The notes under the pieces were generated by a model that searched no databases, was not told the DNA's origin, and worked only from the letters and a program-made list of their open reading frames with translations. Made by a program: the position numbers and the translations under genes. Positions 20,967 to 29,562 of a DNA stretch of 64,000 bases are shown here, piece after piece; positions within the stretch are counted from its first letter, which is position 1, and each line of letters begins with the position of its first letter. Origin of the DNA: Spartobacteria bacterium. Its GTDB lineage: Bacteria; Verrucomicrobiota; Verrucomicrobiia; Chthoniobacterales; UBA6821. The stretch covers positions 9,014-73,013 of the forward strand of contig CANIVT010000005.1 of assembly GCA_947471565.1 (NCBI GenBank), given 5' to 3'.

Positions 20967-22223
20967 TTACTGCTTCGCCGCAGCTCCGGCAGAGGACTGG
21001 GGATTGGAGGAAGAGGCCGCTGGAATGGTTTTGGAAGTTTTTTGCTCTGGGGCTAGCGGGGCGGCCGGTGCCGTGGTGGTGGTCGGGGGCAATGGCATCA
21101 CCGAGCACCCGTCGGTCACCTTCTGGATGCCTTGGACGACGATCTTTTCACCGGCCGACACCCCGGAGGTGATGACGGCCTGCTGACGCGTCATGAAACT
21201 GACGTTCACATTGCGAATGGCCACCTTATTGTCGGGGCCGACCACGGCAAGTTGATGAAGGTTCTGGATCGTGATGACCGCGTCAAGTGGCACCACCAGG
21301 GCATCGGTGATTACCCCGACGGTCGCCTGGACGCGCGCGAAAAGCCCCGGCTTGAGAAGCATCCCCGGGTTCGGGAAATTCCCCTCCACGGTGATTGATC
21401 CCGTTTGCGTGCTGATCTGGTTATTGACCGCACGGAAGGTCCCCTTCTGGGGATAGACGGTACCATCGGAAAGCACCATCTGCATGCCGGCGGCTCGATC
21501 CTCCTGCTTTTGCTTTTCGGCGAGGGAGGGATCCTTGAGGCTTCCCGCGATCAGGCTGAGATAATCGTCCTGTCCGACCTGGAAGACCACCTTGATCGGA
21601 TCGATCGCCACGATGGTCGTGAGCGGCTGTTGGGAATTGGGACTGACATACGTGCCGACCTCGTAGTTGGCAAGTCCCGCCATACCGTCGATCGGAGCCA
21701 CAATCTTAGTGAAACTAAGGTTCACCTGGGCGGCCTGCACCGCGGCCTGCTTGGCGGCCACCTGGGCGACCATCGCCTGGTAATTCTGCTGCTGGTTCTG
21801 GAACTCCTGAACGCTGATCACCTTGCCGGCGAGCAGGTTCTGGGCGCGGACGAAGTCCTGCTGGACCTTGGTCTCCTGAGCGATAGCCGTGGAGAGGTCT
21901 GCCTTGGCCTTGTCGAGATCAGCCTGGAACGGCGCCGGATCAATCTGGAAGAGCGGTTCCCCCTGCTTCACCACAGTTCCCTCGGTGTAATAGCGCTGGA
22001 TGATATTACCCGAGACGTTCGGCTTTACGAGCGAGGTGACGGTCCCCTGAAGATTTCCGATCCACTCCTTGTGGTTAGGCATATCCTTCTGGATCACCGT
22101 ACCGATGGTCACCGGAACGGGGGGACGTGCAACTGCGGGAGCAGGCGCCTTTTTGCAAGCAGGTAGGGAGAGAAGGATCAGCCCCGCGATCATCGGGACT
22201 AGAATTGGGCAGGAGGGCTTCAT
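20967..22223 (-). CDS. RND efflux periplasmic adaptor (membrane fusion protein) lipoprotein
   Basis: The start at 22223 (MKPSCPIL..LLSLPACKK lipobox) is preferred. The track ORF extends to 22853 only by overlapping the next gene. The body has HlyD-like coiled-coil and beta-barrel regions, and the C-terminal tail is low-complexity. Confidence 0.88.
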   Translation of the reverse strand: MKPSCPILVPMIAGLILLSLPACKKAPAPAVARPPVPVTIGTVIQKDMPNHKEWIGNLQGTVTSLVKPNVSGNIIQRYYTEGTVVKQGEPLFQIDPAPFQADLDKAKADLSTAIAQETKVQQDFVRAQNLLAGKVISVQEFQNQQQNYQAMVAQVAAKQAAVQAAQVNLSFTKIVAPIDGMAGLANYEVGTYVSPNSQQPLTTIVAIDPIKVVFQVGQDDYLSLIAGSLKDPSLAEKQKQEDRAAGMQMVLSDGTVYPQKGTFRAVNNQISTQTGSITVEGNFPNPGMLLKPGLFARVQATVGVITDALVVPLDAVITIQNLHQLAVVGPDNKVAIRNVNVSFMTRQQAVITSGVSAGEKIVVQGIQKVTDGCSVMPLPPTTTTAPAAPLAPEQKTSKTIPAASSSNPQSSAGAAAKQ

Positions 22224-22249
22224 CACAGAAGTCTTGTCTAACAGATCAC

Positions 22250-22284
22250 TCAAACCAAAAGCGAGGGCGATTAGAGAGCCCTCG
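22250..22284 (-). terminator. Rho-independent terminator after the APC permease gene
   Basis: On the minus strand: cgagggc-tctctaatc-gccctcg, followed by cttttggttt. It starts 17 nt after the stop codon. Confidence 0.55.
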
Positions 22285-22300
22285 ACAGGTGTTGCCAGAC

Positions 22301-23914
22301 TTAAAGACAACTCTCTCCGCCTCGAAACTCTAACTGCGCCTCGGGAGATGGCCGTGCCAGTCGGGAGTTCACCGCAAAGGGGAAAATGACCAAAGCGAAA
22401 ACTCCGACCAGAGTGAGCTGAGCTACCATGGGAAGCGGAGTTCCAGTCCGGGGAGTCACCACTTCGGCGAGAATGAGTAATCCGATGACATAAGCCAGCC
22501 ACCAGAGCCCGTTCCGAATCTCCATGACCTGTCCCCTGCCCCATAGAACCGACAGATAGAGAAGAGCCGGGATGATAATCGCGGCCGAGGCACCCTCCAC
22601 CGCTGCTCGGCCACACCAAATAGTCGACCAACTGGCAAAAACGAACGCCACCCGGCACCATACCGGTGCCCCGATTAATCGGAAGGGTCTTTCCACCCCT
22701 GGTAATTGATGACGCAGTGCCATGAGACTCACCGGCCCCATGGCCAGGGCCAGCACGAGAGTTGCGCTCAGAAAACTCACGAGCTTTTGCCAACTTGGGC
22801 CGCCAAAAAGCATCGCGACACCGATCACAAGGCTGCTGCAAAGAGCTACCCATGGGACAGCCTTGCGATTCAGTCGCTCAAACACATTCGGCAACAAGCC
22901 GCAGCGACCCATCATCCAACTCACGCGACCGGAGACGCCCATGTAAGCCATGGCCGTGGCGCTGGGTGAGACCACTGCATCGAGGAGAAGGAGATTCGCC
23001 ACCCAGAGCAATCCTCCCCCCAACGCGATCGCAATCAGGGGACCTCCATGGGCAGTCAGGCTGAGGTGCCCCCATCCCGCCATGATCTGATCCGGAGCGA
23101 CTGCCACGAGGAAAGCCAACTGCAACACCAGATAGATACCAAGGCAGATTCCGAGACCAAGAGCCATCGCCAAGGGTACATCCCTCTGAGGGCGCTTGGT
23201 CTCGCCCGCCAGATCCATGGCCGTTCGAAAACCCATCAGACTGAATAGCACGCCGCCCGTGCTGACAGCGGTTAAAATACCTCCGTCCAAGCCCCCCTCT
23301 CCCGGCAATGAGACTGAAAGATTGCCCCAGTGCGCACCCGTGATCATGAAGGTCAAAGAGACCAGCAGAGGCACGACAAGCTTCCAGAGCGTCAGCCCAT
23401 CGATCCAACGAGCAAGAATGCCGACCCCTGACAGATTGATCCACGCCAAGATCACGAGCAGGAGCACGGCCAACCCCTGCCCACAGGGGCTCAGAATCTG
23501 ACCTTGTCCACCATCCAACGTCAACCAAGGGAAACTGCTGGCCAGATATTGAAAAATCGCGAGCACCTCGATTGTCGGGAGCGAGACATAGGCGATCCAG
23601 ACGCACCATCCCCCGATGAATCCCGAGGTACGGCCGTGAGTGAGCAGTGGGATTTGAGCCAAGGCTCCCGAACTACTTACCAGCGATCCGAGTTCGGCAT
23701 AAACCAAGGCGATGGCAAATGCGATCGCCCCACCAATCAGCCAGGCAATGAGACTCCCGGGACCAGCCAGCTTTGCACAATAGAAGGGGGCAAAGAGCCA
23801 TCCTGAGCCGATCGTTCCTGTGACGACCGCCATCGTGAGGCTACGAAGCCCCAATTGACGACTCAGGCCCGTTTCTTGAAGGACGGGAGCGTACATGCCA
23901 CGGGAACTTCTCAT
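22301..23914 (-). CDS. APC-family amino acid permease
   Basis: About 12 TM helices and an APC-like N-terminal motif (LGLRSLTMAVVTGTIGSGWLFAP). I prefer the start at 23914 so the gene does not overlap the upstream gene. Confidence 0.85.
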   Translation of the reverse strand: MRSSRGMYAPVLQETGLSRQLGLRSLTMAVVTGTIGSGWLFAPFYCAKLAGPGSLIAWLIGGAIAFAIALVYAELGSLVSSSGALAQIPLLTHGRTSGFIGGWCVWIAYVSLPTIEVLAIFQYLASSFPWLTLDGGQGQILSPCGQGLAVLLLVILAWINLSGVGILARWIDGLTLWKLVVPLLVSLTFMITGAHWGNLSVSLPGEGGLDGGILTAVSTGGVLFSLMGFRTAMDLAGETKRPQRDVPLAMALGLGICLGIYLVLQLAFLVAVAPDQIMAGWGHLSLTAHGGPLIAIALGGGLLWVANLLLLDAVVSPSATAMAYMGVSGRVSWMMGRCGLLPNVFERLNRKAVPWVALCSSLVIGVAMLFGGPSWQKLVSFLSATLVLALAMGPVSLMALRHQLPGVERPFRLIGAPVWCRVAFVFASWSTIWCGRAAVEGASAAIIIPALLYLSVLWGRGQVMEIRNGLWWLAYVIGLLILAEVVTPRTGTPLPMVAQLTLVGVFALVIFPFAVNSRLARPSPEAQLEFRGGESCL

Positions 23915-23925
23915 GTCACTTCCCC

Positions 23926-24519
23926 TTACCGGGAAAGAATCACCGATCCAATCGAGCCGTTCTTTTGAAGATTCTGGCCGTAACAAAGATTCACTGTCAC
24001 ACCCCTGCACTTGGCTCCCGGTACCGAAATCAATGGCTTGGAGGAATAACCCGCCCCCCCGTCGGTCACCTCGAACGATGTCACGGCACCATTCCTCACG
24101 AGAGCTGTCATGATGGCCGTCTTTGTCGGCCAGAGATGCCCAACTCCCGGTTGATAACGGTAATAGTTGGAAACAGAGTCGAGTTTCTCGTTAGTGACAC
24201 CATACTTGCCCAGAGCGGACAACAGAACGGACTTGTTCTGCTGAGCTCGTTCTTGATCGGGATAACTTCCAGGGGCTACCGGATGGACGCTGCTGAATGC
24301 ATCTCGGAAAATTTCCGGGGTTACCCCCAATCCTCCCGCAACCAAAACCACCGGCCTGCCGTGATCCCTAGGATCGGTCTCATGCCCACCCGAAATCACG
24401 ACCGGAACACGGATCACATCCCTTGTCTGGGACTGTGCCGAACACAGACTTATGAGAACGGTAACGACGATACCCGAAATAAGGCCGGCCATTCTGTAGA
24501 AAAACGATTGGCGGCGCAT
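23926..24519 (-). CDS. hypothetical secreted protein
   Basis: Signal or anchor segment (GLISGIVVTVLISLCSAQSQ). No motif recognised. The start at 24519 lies 10 nt after the upstream stop. Confidence 0.5.
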   Translation of the reverse strand: MRRQSFFYRMAGLISGIVVTVLISLCSAQSQTRDVIRVPVVISGGHETDPRDHGRPVVLVAGGLGVTPEIFRDAFSSVHPVAPGSYPDQERAQQNKSVLLSALGKYGVTNEKLDSVSNYYRYQPGVGHLWPTKTAIMTALVRNGAVTSFEVTDGGAGYSSKPLISVPGAKCRGVTVNLCYGQNLQKNGSIGSVILSR

Positions 24520-24529
24520 GGCTTCAGGT

Positions 24530-24928
24530 TCATTCGAGAACCGTAGCCTGGGCCGCACGGATTTTCTCCACCACCGGCTTCAGGGAGGGATCCTTTTGCG
24601 CAATCAGATCGAGTTTTACCTTCGCCAGAGCCTTCCTCGCACCAATCTGAGCCTCCGGCGTCGGAGCGTTTTTTACGGCATTATTGGCGGCAACAAACCG
24701 GGGATCGTCTTGAATCGCATCCATGGCCGCCCTCATCTTCATTTTGTCGCCAAAGGAAAGCTGACTGATCACCTGCTCACGGCACTTCTCCATCGCCGCA
24801 AGGACCTGTTGGGGTGACTGAGTCTGGGCAGAGACTGTGTCCCCCAGGGCCATGACAGAAATCACAGCAAGGACCAACGGCGCCAAAAACAAGTGGCCGC
24901 TGAAAAGACTGGTTGCCCGGTTCATCAA
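24530..24928 (-). CDS. hypothetical secreted, helix-rich protein (132 aa)
   Basis: Signal peptide ending VSAQ. No motif recognised. Confidence 0.5.
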   Translation of the reverse strand: MMNRATSLFSGHLFLAPLVLAVISVMALGDTVSAQTQSPQQVLAAMEKCREQVISQLSFGDKMKMRAAMDAIQDDPRFVAANNAVKNAPTPEAQIGARKALAKVKLDLIAQKDPSLKPVVEKIRAAQATVLE

Positions 24929-24946
24929 GCGGAAGAATGTCTCGTT

Positions 24947-25135
24947 TTACCCTTGGGAGGCAGAGACAGGAGTCGGGGCGGGGGTTGGAGAGGCCTTGGG
25001 GTGAGCTGCCTGATACTCCTCGCGTTCCTTCTTCAGAACAGTCCGTCCGAGAATGGAACTGGCGATCCTGACCGGAGGAGGCGCGGCACACCCGGCTAGA
25101 AGGACCAGGGACAGGATCGGTATGAGCTTCTTCAT
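24947..25135 (-). CDS. small putative lipoprotein (62 aa)
   Basis: MKKLIPILSLVLLAGC lipobox and a Pro-rich tail. Confidence 0.45.
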   Translation of the reverse strand: MKKLIPILSLVLLAGCAAPPPVRIASSILGRTVLKKEREEYQAAHPKASPTPAPTPVSASQG

Positions 25136-25185
25136 GACTCGGATCCTAGCTTCGCGCCCTGGAGAGGCAAGGCATTCGGGAATGC

Positions 25186-25965
25186 TTAGAAATAAGTGAT
25201 TTTATATTCATCCTTTATATCGTGATTTATTTTTTTTGCAAAACTCCTAAAACACTCCAGTCCACGCTTCTCTTCCTCCCCGAGATCATAGCGGATGGAG
25301 CCCCCGAGATAGGTACTGGTGAACTCCGGATCAGGCGTCCCGGACGCGATCCGTTCCAGCGAGGCCAAACCACAAGCTTTTGCCTCCCTCAAATGCTGGG
25401 ATATCAATTCTTTTTCAGTAAAATCATTTCTAAGTGACCACAGAGCAAAGACAAAGGGTAGTCCCGTATGGTGCACCCACTCCCCTCCCAGATCTAGGAA
25501 CTTCATCCCTGGATGAGATGGCCGTTTTGAAAGAGACAATGCCGGATCTCCAATAACAATCAATGGCGGATTAATATCTATTCTTTCTGTTAAATGGACA
25601 TATTCGAGATCAAGACCATAAAACTCTCCAAGAGTGATCTGCGCGAGCAAATTCGAGGTATGGGAAGAGGGATCCAGTTGAACCGAACGGAGATCGGAGA
25701 GCTCTCCAGTGTAGGCAAGGAGGACACTCTGGACCGGCCCTCGACAACTGATCGAGATAGCATCCACGACCTCCGGTTTAGGCATTGTTAGCACATCCAC
25801 AGAGGAAAGCAGAGCGACATCTAATTTTCCTTCCAAAAAGAGGTTTTCCAGCTGAGCTGGAACCCTCTCCGTAACAGGATATCCTAGCCCCTCCAGCAGG
25901 GGGCGGGCATTCAGGTAAGGGACACACCCGATCCTCGGAACGGAGTCCAATCCAGAGAGACTCAC
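25186..25965 (-). CDS. mqnA: chorismate dehydratase MqnA (futalosine pathway)
   Basis: IGCVPYLNARPLLEGL, LDVALLSS, GDPAL and GLPFVFALW match the MqnA/MqnD family pattern, MqnA-like. The gene is markedly AT-rich relative to its neighbours. Confidence 0.82.
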   Translation of the reverse strand: MSLSGLDSVPRIGCVPYLNARPLLEGLGYPVTERVPAQLENLFLEGKLDVALLSSVDVLTMPKPEVVDAISISCRGPVQSVLLAYTGELSDLRSVQLDPSSHTSNLLAQITLGEFYGLDLEYVHLTERIDINPPLIVIGDPALSLSKRPSHPGMKFLDLGGEWVHHTGLPFVFALWSLRNDFTEKELISQHLREAKACGLASLERIASGTPDPEFTSTYLGGSIRYDLGEEEKRGLECFRSFAKKINHDIKDEYKITYF

Positions 25966-27095
25966 GCGGAGACGGGTTCCTTCTTGGAAGCCTTAGGAAG
26001 GGTCGACTCGATTCGTCGATAGAAGGTGTCCCTTTGCATCGGTTCCCTCCCCGCCTCACAAATCGCCTTCTCCATGGCGGCGATGGTCTGCTGCTGGGGC
26101 GTCTTGGCCCCGGCCATATGAAAGATCTTCTCCTCTTGGATGGTCCCATGGAGGTCATCCACCCCGTAGTTCAGGGCAATCGAGGCCAGAGGCAGACCCA
26201 GGCTGATCCAGTAGCCCGTGATGTGGTCGAAGTTATCGAGTATCAGGCGCGAGATGGCCAGATTCTTGAGTTCGTCCGTGGAAGCAGCCGGACGGATATG
26301 GGCCAGTTCCGTGGTCTCGGGAACGAAAGCAAAGGGGATAAAGGCGGTGAATCCCCCGGTCTCGTCCTGCAAAGCACGAAGCTTTAGGAGATGATCGATC
26401 CGATGCTCAGCCGTCTCAACATGGCCATAGAGCATGGTGGCCGTGCTGCGCTGGCCCATCCGATGCCAGGTCCGGTGCACCTCGAGCCACTCTTCACCCG
26501 TTTCCTTGCCCCTGCAGATTGTGTCACGCACCTGCTGGTCGAAGATCTCCGCCCCTCCACCGGTCAGGGCGTTCAGTCCAGCATCGCGCAGGGTTTCCAG
26601 CGTCTCCTGAAGAGGCTTCTTGAAAATCCGCTCCGAGAGGTGGCGGATCTCGATGGCCGTGAAGGCCTTCAGATGAATGCCCGGGGCCGCCGCGCGCATT
26701 GCTCCCAGCAGATCGAGATACCACTGGGCCGGCAGGGTCGGATGAAGCCCTCCCACCATATGGATCTCGGTGGCGCCTCCCTCCCAAGCCTCCTTGGTCT
26801 TGGACGCAATCTCGGGAATTGCCATCTCAAAGGCGTGAGGATCTCGCTTCTTGGCGCTGAAGGCACAGAACTGACAGTTCAGGATGCAGAGATTGGAATA
26901 GTTGATGTAGCGGTTGAAAACATAGGTCGCCACATTCCCGTTCTTTCGCTCCCGCACGATGTTGGCCAGGGAACCAATACCGTTCAGATCAAGGGAAGCA
27001 TACAGGGTGAGCCCCTCCTCCCCACTGAGGCGCTCCCCGGCCTCGACCTTGTCGAGGATCGGCAGAAGCGCGGGATCAAGGAGACGCCTGTTCAT
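25962..27095 (-). CDS. radical SAM menaquinone biosynthesis enzyme of the MqnC/MqnE family
   Basis: YINYSNLCILNCQFCAF is a CxxxCxxC radical-SAM cluster motif, and the body is MqnC/MqnE-like. I cannot separate MqnC from MqnE by eye. The ATG at 27095 is preferred. There is a 4-nt overlap with mqnA. Confidence 0.83.
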   Translation of the reverse strand: MNRRLLDPALLPILDKVEAGERLSGEEGLTLYASLDLNGIGSLANIVRERKNGNVATYVFNRYINYSNLCILNCQFCAFSAKKRDPHAFEMAIPEIASKTKEAWEGGATEIHMVGGLHPTLPAQWYLDLLGAMRAAAPGIHLKAFTAIEIRHLSERIFKKPLQETLETLRDAGLNALTGGGAEIFDQQVRDTICRGKETGEEWLEVHRTWHRMGQRSTATMLYGHVETAEHRIDHLLKLRALQDETGGFTAFIPFAFVPETTELAHIRPAASTDELKNLAISRLILDNFDHITGYWISLGLPLASIALNYGVDDLHGTIQEEKIFHMAGAKTPQQQTIAAMEKAICEAGREPMQRDTFYRRIESTLPKASKKEPVSA

Positions 27096-27328
27096 GCCGA
27101 TACCATACCGGACTCTCACGTAGATCTCCAGAAACGAATCTGGGCAGACAAAGAATGGGACCGTGGCCACAAGATGCACAGAAGGCACAGGAAAATGAAT
27201 CGCTCAGAGGCTCTCTTCCCGTCCATGTTTCCCTCTTGTGCTTTCTCGTGCCTTTTGTGGCTTCATCATCGCTCCATCAGTTGCTTCATCCGGACTTTGG
27301 GGAGAGAATGATGGTTTACCTTTCCCCT

Positions 27329-27360
27329 GACTTTTCACCTTTCACTTTTCACCGTTTTCC
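27329..27360 (+). repeat. short-period repeat gacttttcac ctttcac ttttcac cgttttcc just upstream of the uvrB start
   Basis: Read directly. It ends 9 nt before the uvrB ATG. Confidence 0.8.
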
Positions 27361-27369
27361 TCCTCCCTC

Positions 27370-29517
27370 ATGTCCTTCAACCTCAGATCCGACTATACCC
27401 CGCAGGGTGATCAGGGGCAGGCCATTGAGAAGCTGACGCGCTCCATCGAGGCAGGCAACCGTCACCAGACACTCCTTGGAGTCACCGGCTCAGGGAAGAC
27501 CTTCACTGCGGCGAACATCATCCGGAATCTCGACCGGCCGGTGCTGATCATGTCGCACAACAAGACGCTGGCGGCCCAGCTCTACTCGGAATTCCGCCAG
27601 TTTTTCCCCGACAACGCCGTCGAGTACTTCGTCAGCTACTTCGACTACTACCAGCCGGAGGCCTACATCCCCCGCTCGGACACCTACATCGAGAAGGACA
27701 GCTCCATCAACGAGGAGATCGAGCGACTCCGCCTCTCCACCACCAGCTCTCTTCTCACCCGGCGCGATGTGATCGTGGTCTCGAGCGTCTCCTGCATCTA
27801 CGGCCTCGCCTCACCCGAGGACTTCTTGCAGATGGTGCTCAGCGTGAAACGCGGCCAGCGGATTACCCGTGAAGAGGTCCTCCGCACCATCGTCACGATG
27901 CTCTACGAGCGGAACGAGATCGAGTTCGGCCGGGGAAAATTCCGCGTTCGGGGTGATGTCGTGGAAATCTTCCCTGCCCAGAATGACGAGGAGGCCGTGC
28001 GCCTCGAGTTCTTCGGCGATGAGATCGACCGGATCACCCTCTTCGATCCCCTCACCGGCCATACTCGGGGAGAGTTGACGCACCTCACCCTCTTCCCGGC
28101 GAAGCAATTCGTGACACCCAAGGAGAAGATGCAGGTCGCCATGCGGAGCATTCGGGAGGAAATGGTCGAGCGCGTCGCTTGGTTCGAGGCGAACGGCAAA
28201 TACATCGAGGCGCAGCGGATCAAGATGCGCACCGAATATGACCTCGAGATGATGCAGGAGATGGGCTACTGCAACGGGATTGAGAACTACTCCCGCCACC
28301 TCACCGGCCGCGAGTCGGGATCACGGCCCTACACGCTCATGGACTTTCTTCCCGAGGACACCCTCCTGATCGTGGACGAGTCCCATGCGACCCTCCCGCA
28401 GGTGGGAGGGATGTATGCCGGCGACCGCGCGAGGAAGATGACCCTCGTCGAGTATGGATTCCGCCTACCGAGCGCCCTCGACAACCGGCCGCTGAACTTT
28501 TCCGAATTTACCGGAATGACGAAGCAGGGGCTCTATATCAGCGCGACGCCCGCCGATCTCGAGATCCTCAATAGCTACTCCGGAAACACCGGATTTCACC
28601 TTCTCGATGATCGCCTCCCCTCCCCGATCGATCCCAGGAGAGTGAAGCCTAATGCCGCAACCGAGGCGCTCGACATCACCGCACCCGGCACCCCTCTCAT
28701 CGTCGAGCAGATCATCAGGCCGACCGGCCTACTCGACCCCAGGATCGTCATCCGACCACTGAAGGGACAGGTCGACGAGACCATTGAACTCTGCCGACAG
28801 CGCGTCGAGCGGAACGAGCGCGTCCTCATCACGACCCTCACCAAACGGACCGCCGAGGACCTTACCGACTACCTCCGCGAGATCGGCCTAAAGGTCCGGT
28901 ACATCCACAGCGACGTGGACACGATCGAGCGCGTCGAGATCCTACGCTCCCTCCGTGCCGGGGAATGCGACATCCTCGTCGGCATCAACCTCCTCCGCGA
29001 GGGACTCGACCTCCCAGAGGTGAGTCTCGTCTGTGTGCTCGACGCGGATAAGGAAGGCTTCCTCCGCAGCCGCACCTCACTCATCCAGACGGCTGGCCGC
29101 GCCGCCCGCCACCTCCACGGCGAGGTCGTCCTCTTTGCCGACAAAATCACCGGAAGTATCCGTGACCTCCTTAACGTTACCGAGGACCGCCGCAGACGCC
29201 AGATGGAGCACAACCGCGAACACGGCATCACCCCGCGAAGCGTTGTTCGCCCAGTTCAAGAAAGCCTCCGCGTCCTCATCGAAGGGGATCAGGAGGAAAG
29301 TGCCCGCGTTCAGGAAGGCCCCGTCGACGTCGCCGCTCTCCTCAAGGAGCTCGAGGCTGAGATGAAAGACGCCTCCCGGAAGCTGGAGTACGAACGCGCC
29401 GCTCTCCTCCGTGACCAAATCATGGAGTTGAAGGGCGGCGGAGTGGTGACATCAGCCATGAACAACAGGACCAAAGACAAACCCCAAAAGGGCAAAAAAG
29501 GGTGGAAGAAACGCTAA
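27370..29517 (+). CDS. uvrB: excinuclease ABC subunit B
   Basis: GVTGSGKTF Walker A, helicase motifs, and a C-terminal UVR domain (YERAALLRDQIMELK). Confidence 0.96.
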   Translation: MSFNLRSDYTPQGDQGQAIEKLTRSIEAGNRHQTLLGVTGSGKTFTAANIIRNLDRPVLIMSHNKTLAAQLYSEFRQFFPDNAVEYFVSYFDYYQPEAYIPRSDTYIEKDSSINEEIERLRLSTTSSLLTRRDVIVVSSVSCIYGLASPEDFLQMVLSVKRGQRITREEVLRTIVTMLYERNEIEFGRGKFRVRGDVVEIFPAQNDEEAVRLEFFGDEIDRITLFDPLTGHTRGELTHLTLFPAKQFVTPKEKMQVAMRSIREEMVERVAWFEANGKYIEAQRIKMRTEYDLEMMQEMGYCNGIENYSRHLTGRESGSRPYTLMDFLPEDTLLIVDESHATLPQVGGMYAGDRARKMTLVEYGFRLPSALDNRPLNFSEFTGMTKQGLYISATPADLEILNSYSGNTGFHLLDDRLPSPIDPRRVKPNAATEALDITAPGTPLIVEQIIRPTGLLDPRIVIRPLKGQVDETIELCRQRVERNERVLITTLTKRTAEDLTDYLREIGLKVRYIHSDVDTIERVEILRSLRAGECDILVGINLLREGLDLPEVSLVCVLDADKEGFLRSRTSLIQTAGRAARHLHGEVVLFADKITGSIRDLLNVTEDRRRRQMEHNREHGITPRSVVRPVQESLRVLIEGDQEESARVQEGPVDVAALLKELEAEMKDASRKLEYERAALLRDQIMELKGGGVVTSAMNNRTKDKPQKGKKGWKKR

Positions 29518-29523
29518 ATTTCT

Positions 29524-29560
29524 CCCTTCAGCCTTCCTCCTTCAACCTTTAGCCTTTTCC
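29524..29560 (+). repeat. heptamer repeat cccttcagcc ttcctcc ttcaacc tttagcc ttttcc just upstream of the holA start
   Basis: Read directly. It ends 2 nt before the holA ATG. Confidence 0.8.
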
Positions 29561-29562
29561 CG

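Noticed and set aside
19674-21056. 460-aa ORF antisense to the RND permease and adaptor
   Set aside because: The same reasoning applies. It spans a gene boundary on the opposite strand, and the translation is dominated by R, D, G, H and E runs.
22224-22853. N-terminal 209-aa extension of the adaptor ORF (track ORF 20967-22853)
   Set aside because: The extension overlaps the 3' end of the APC permease gene in another frame and crosses a terminator. A lipoprotein signal peptide with a good ATG begins at 22223.
27096-27369. Search for an SOS/LexA operator upstream of uvrB, and likewise upstream of uvrA at 44023-44132
   Set aside because: I found no TGTTC-type direct or inverted repeat and no CTGT-N8-ACAG-like palindrome. 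These spacers are occupied by the short-period repeats instead.
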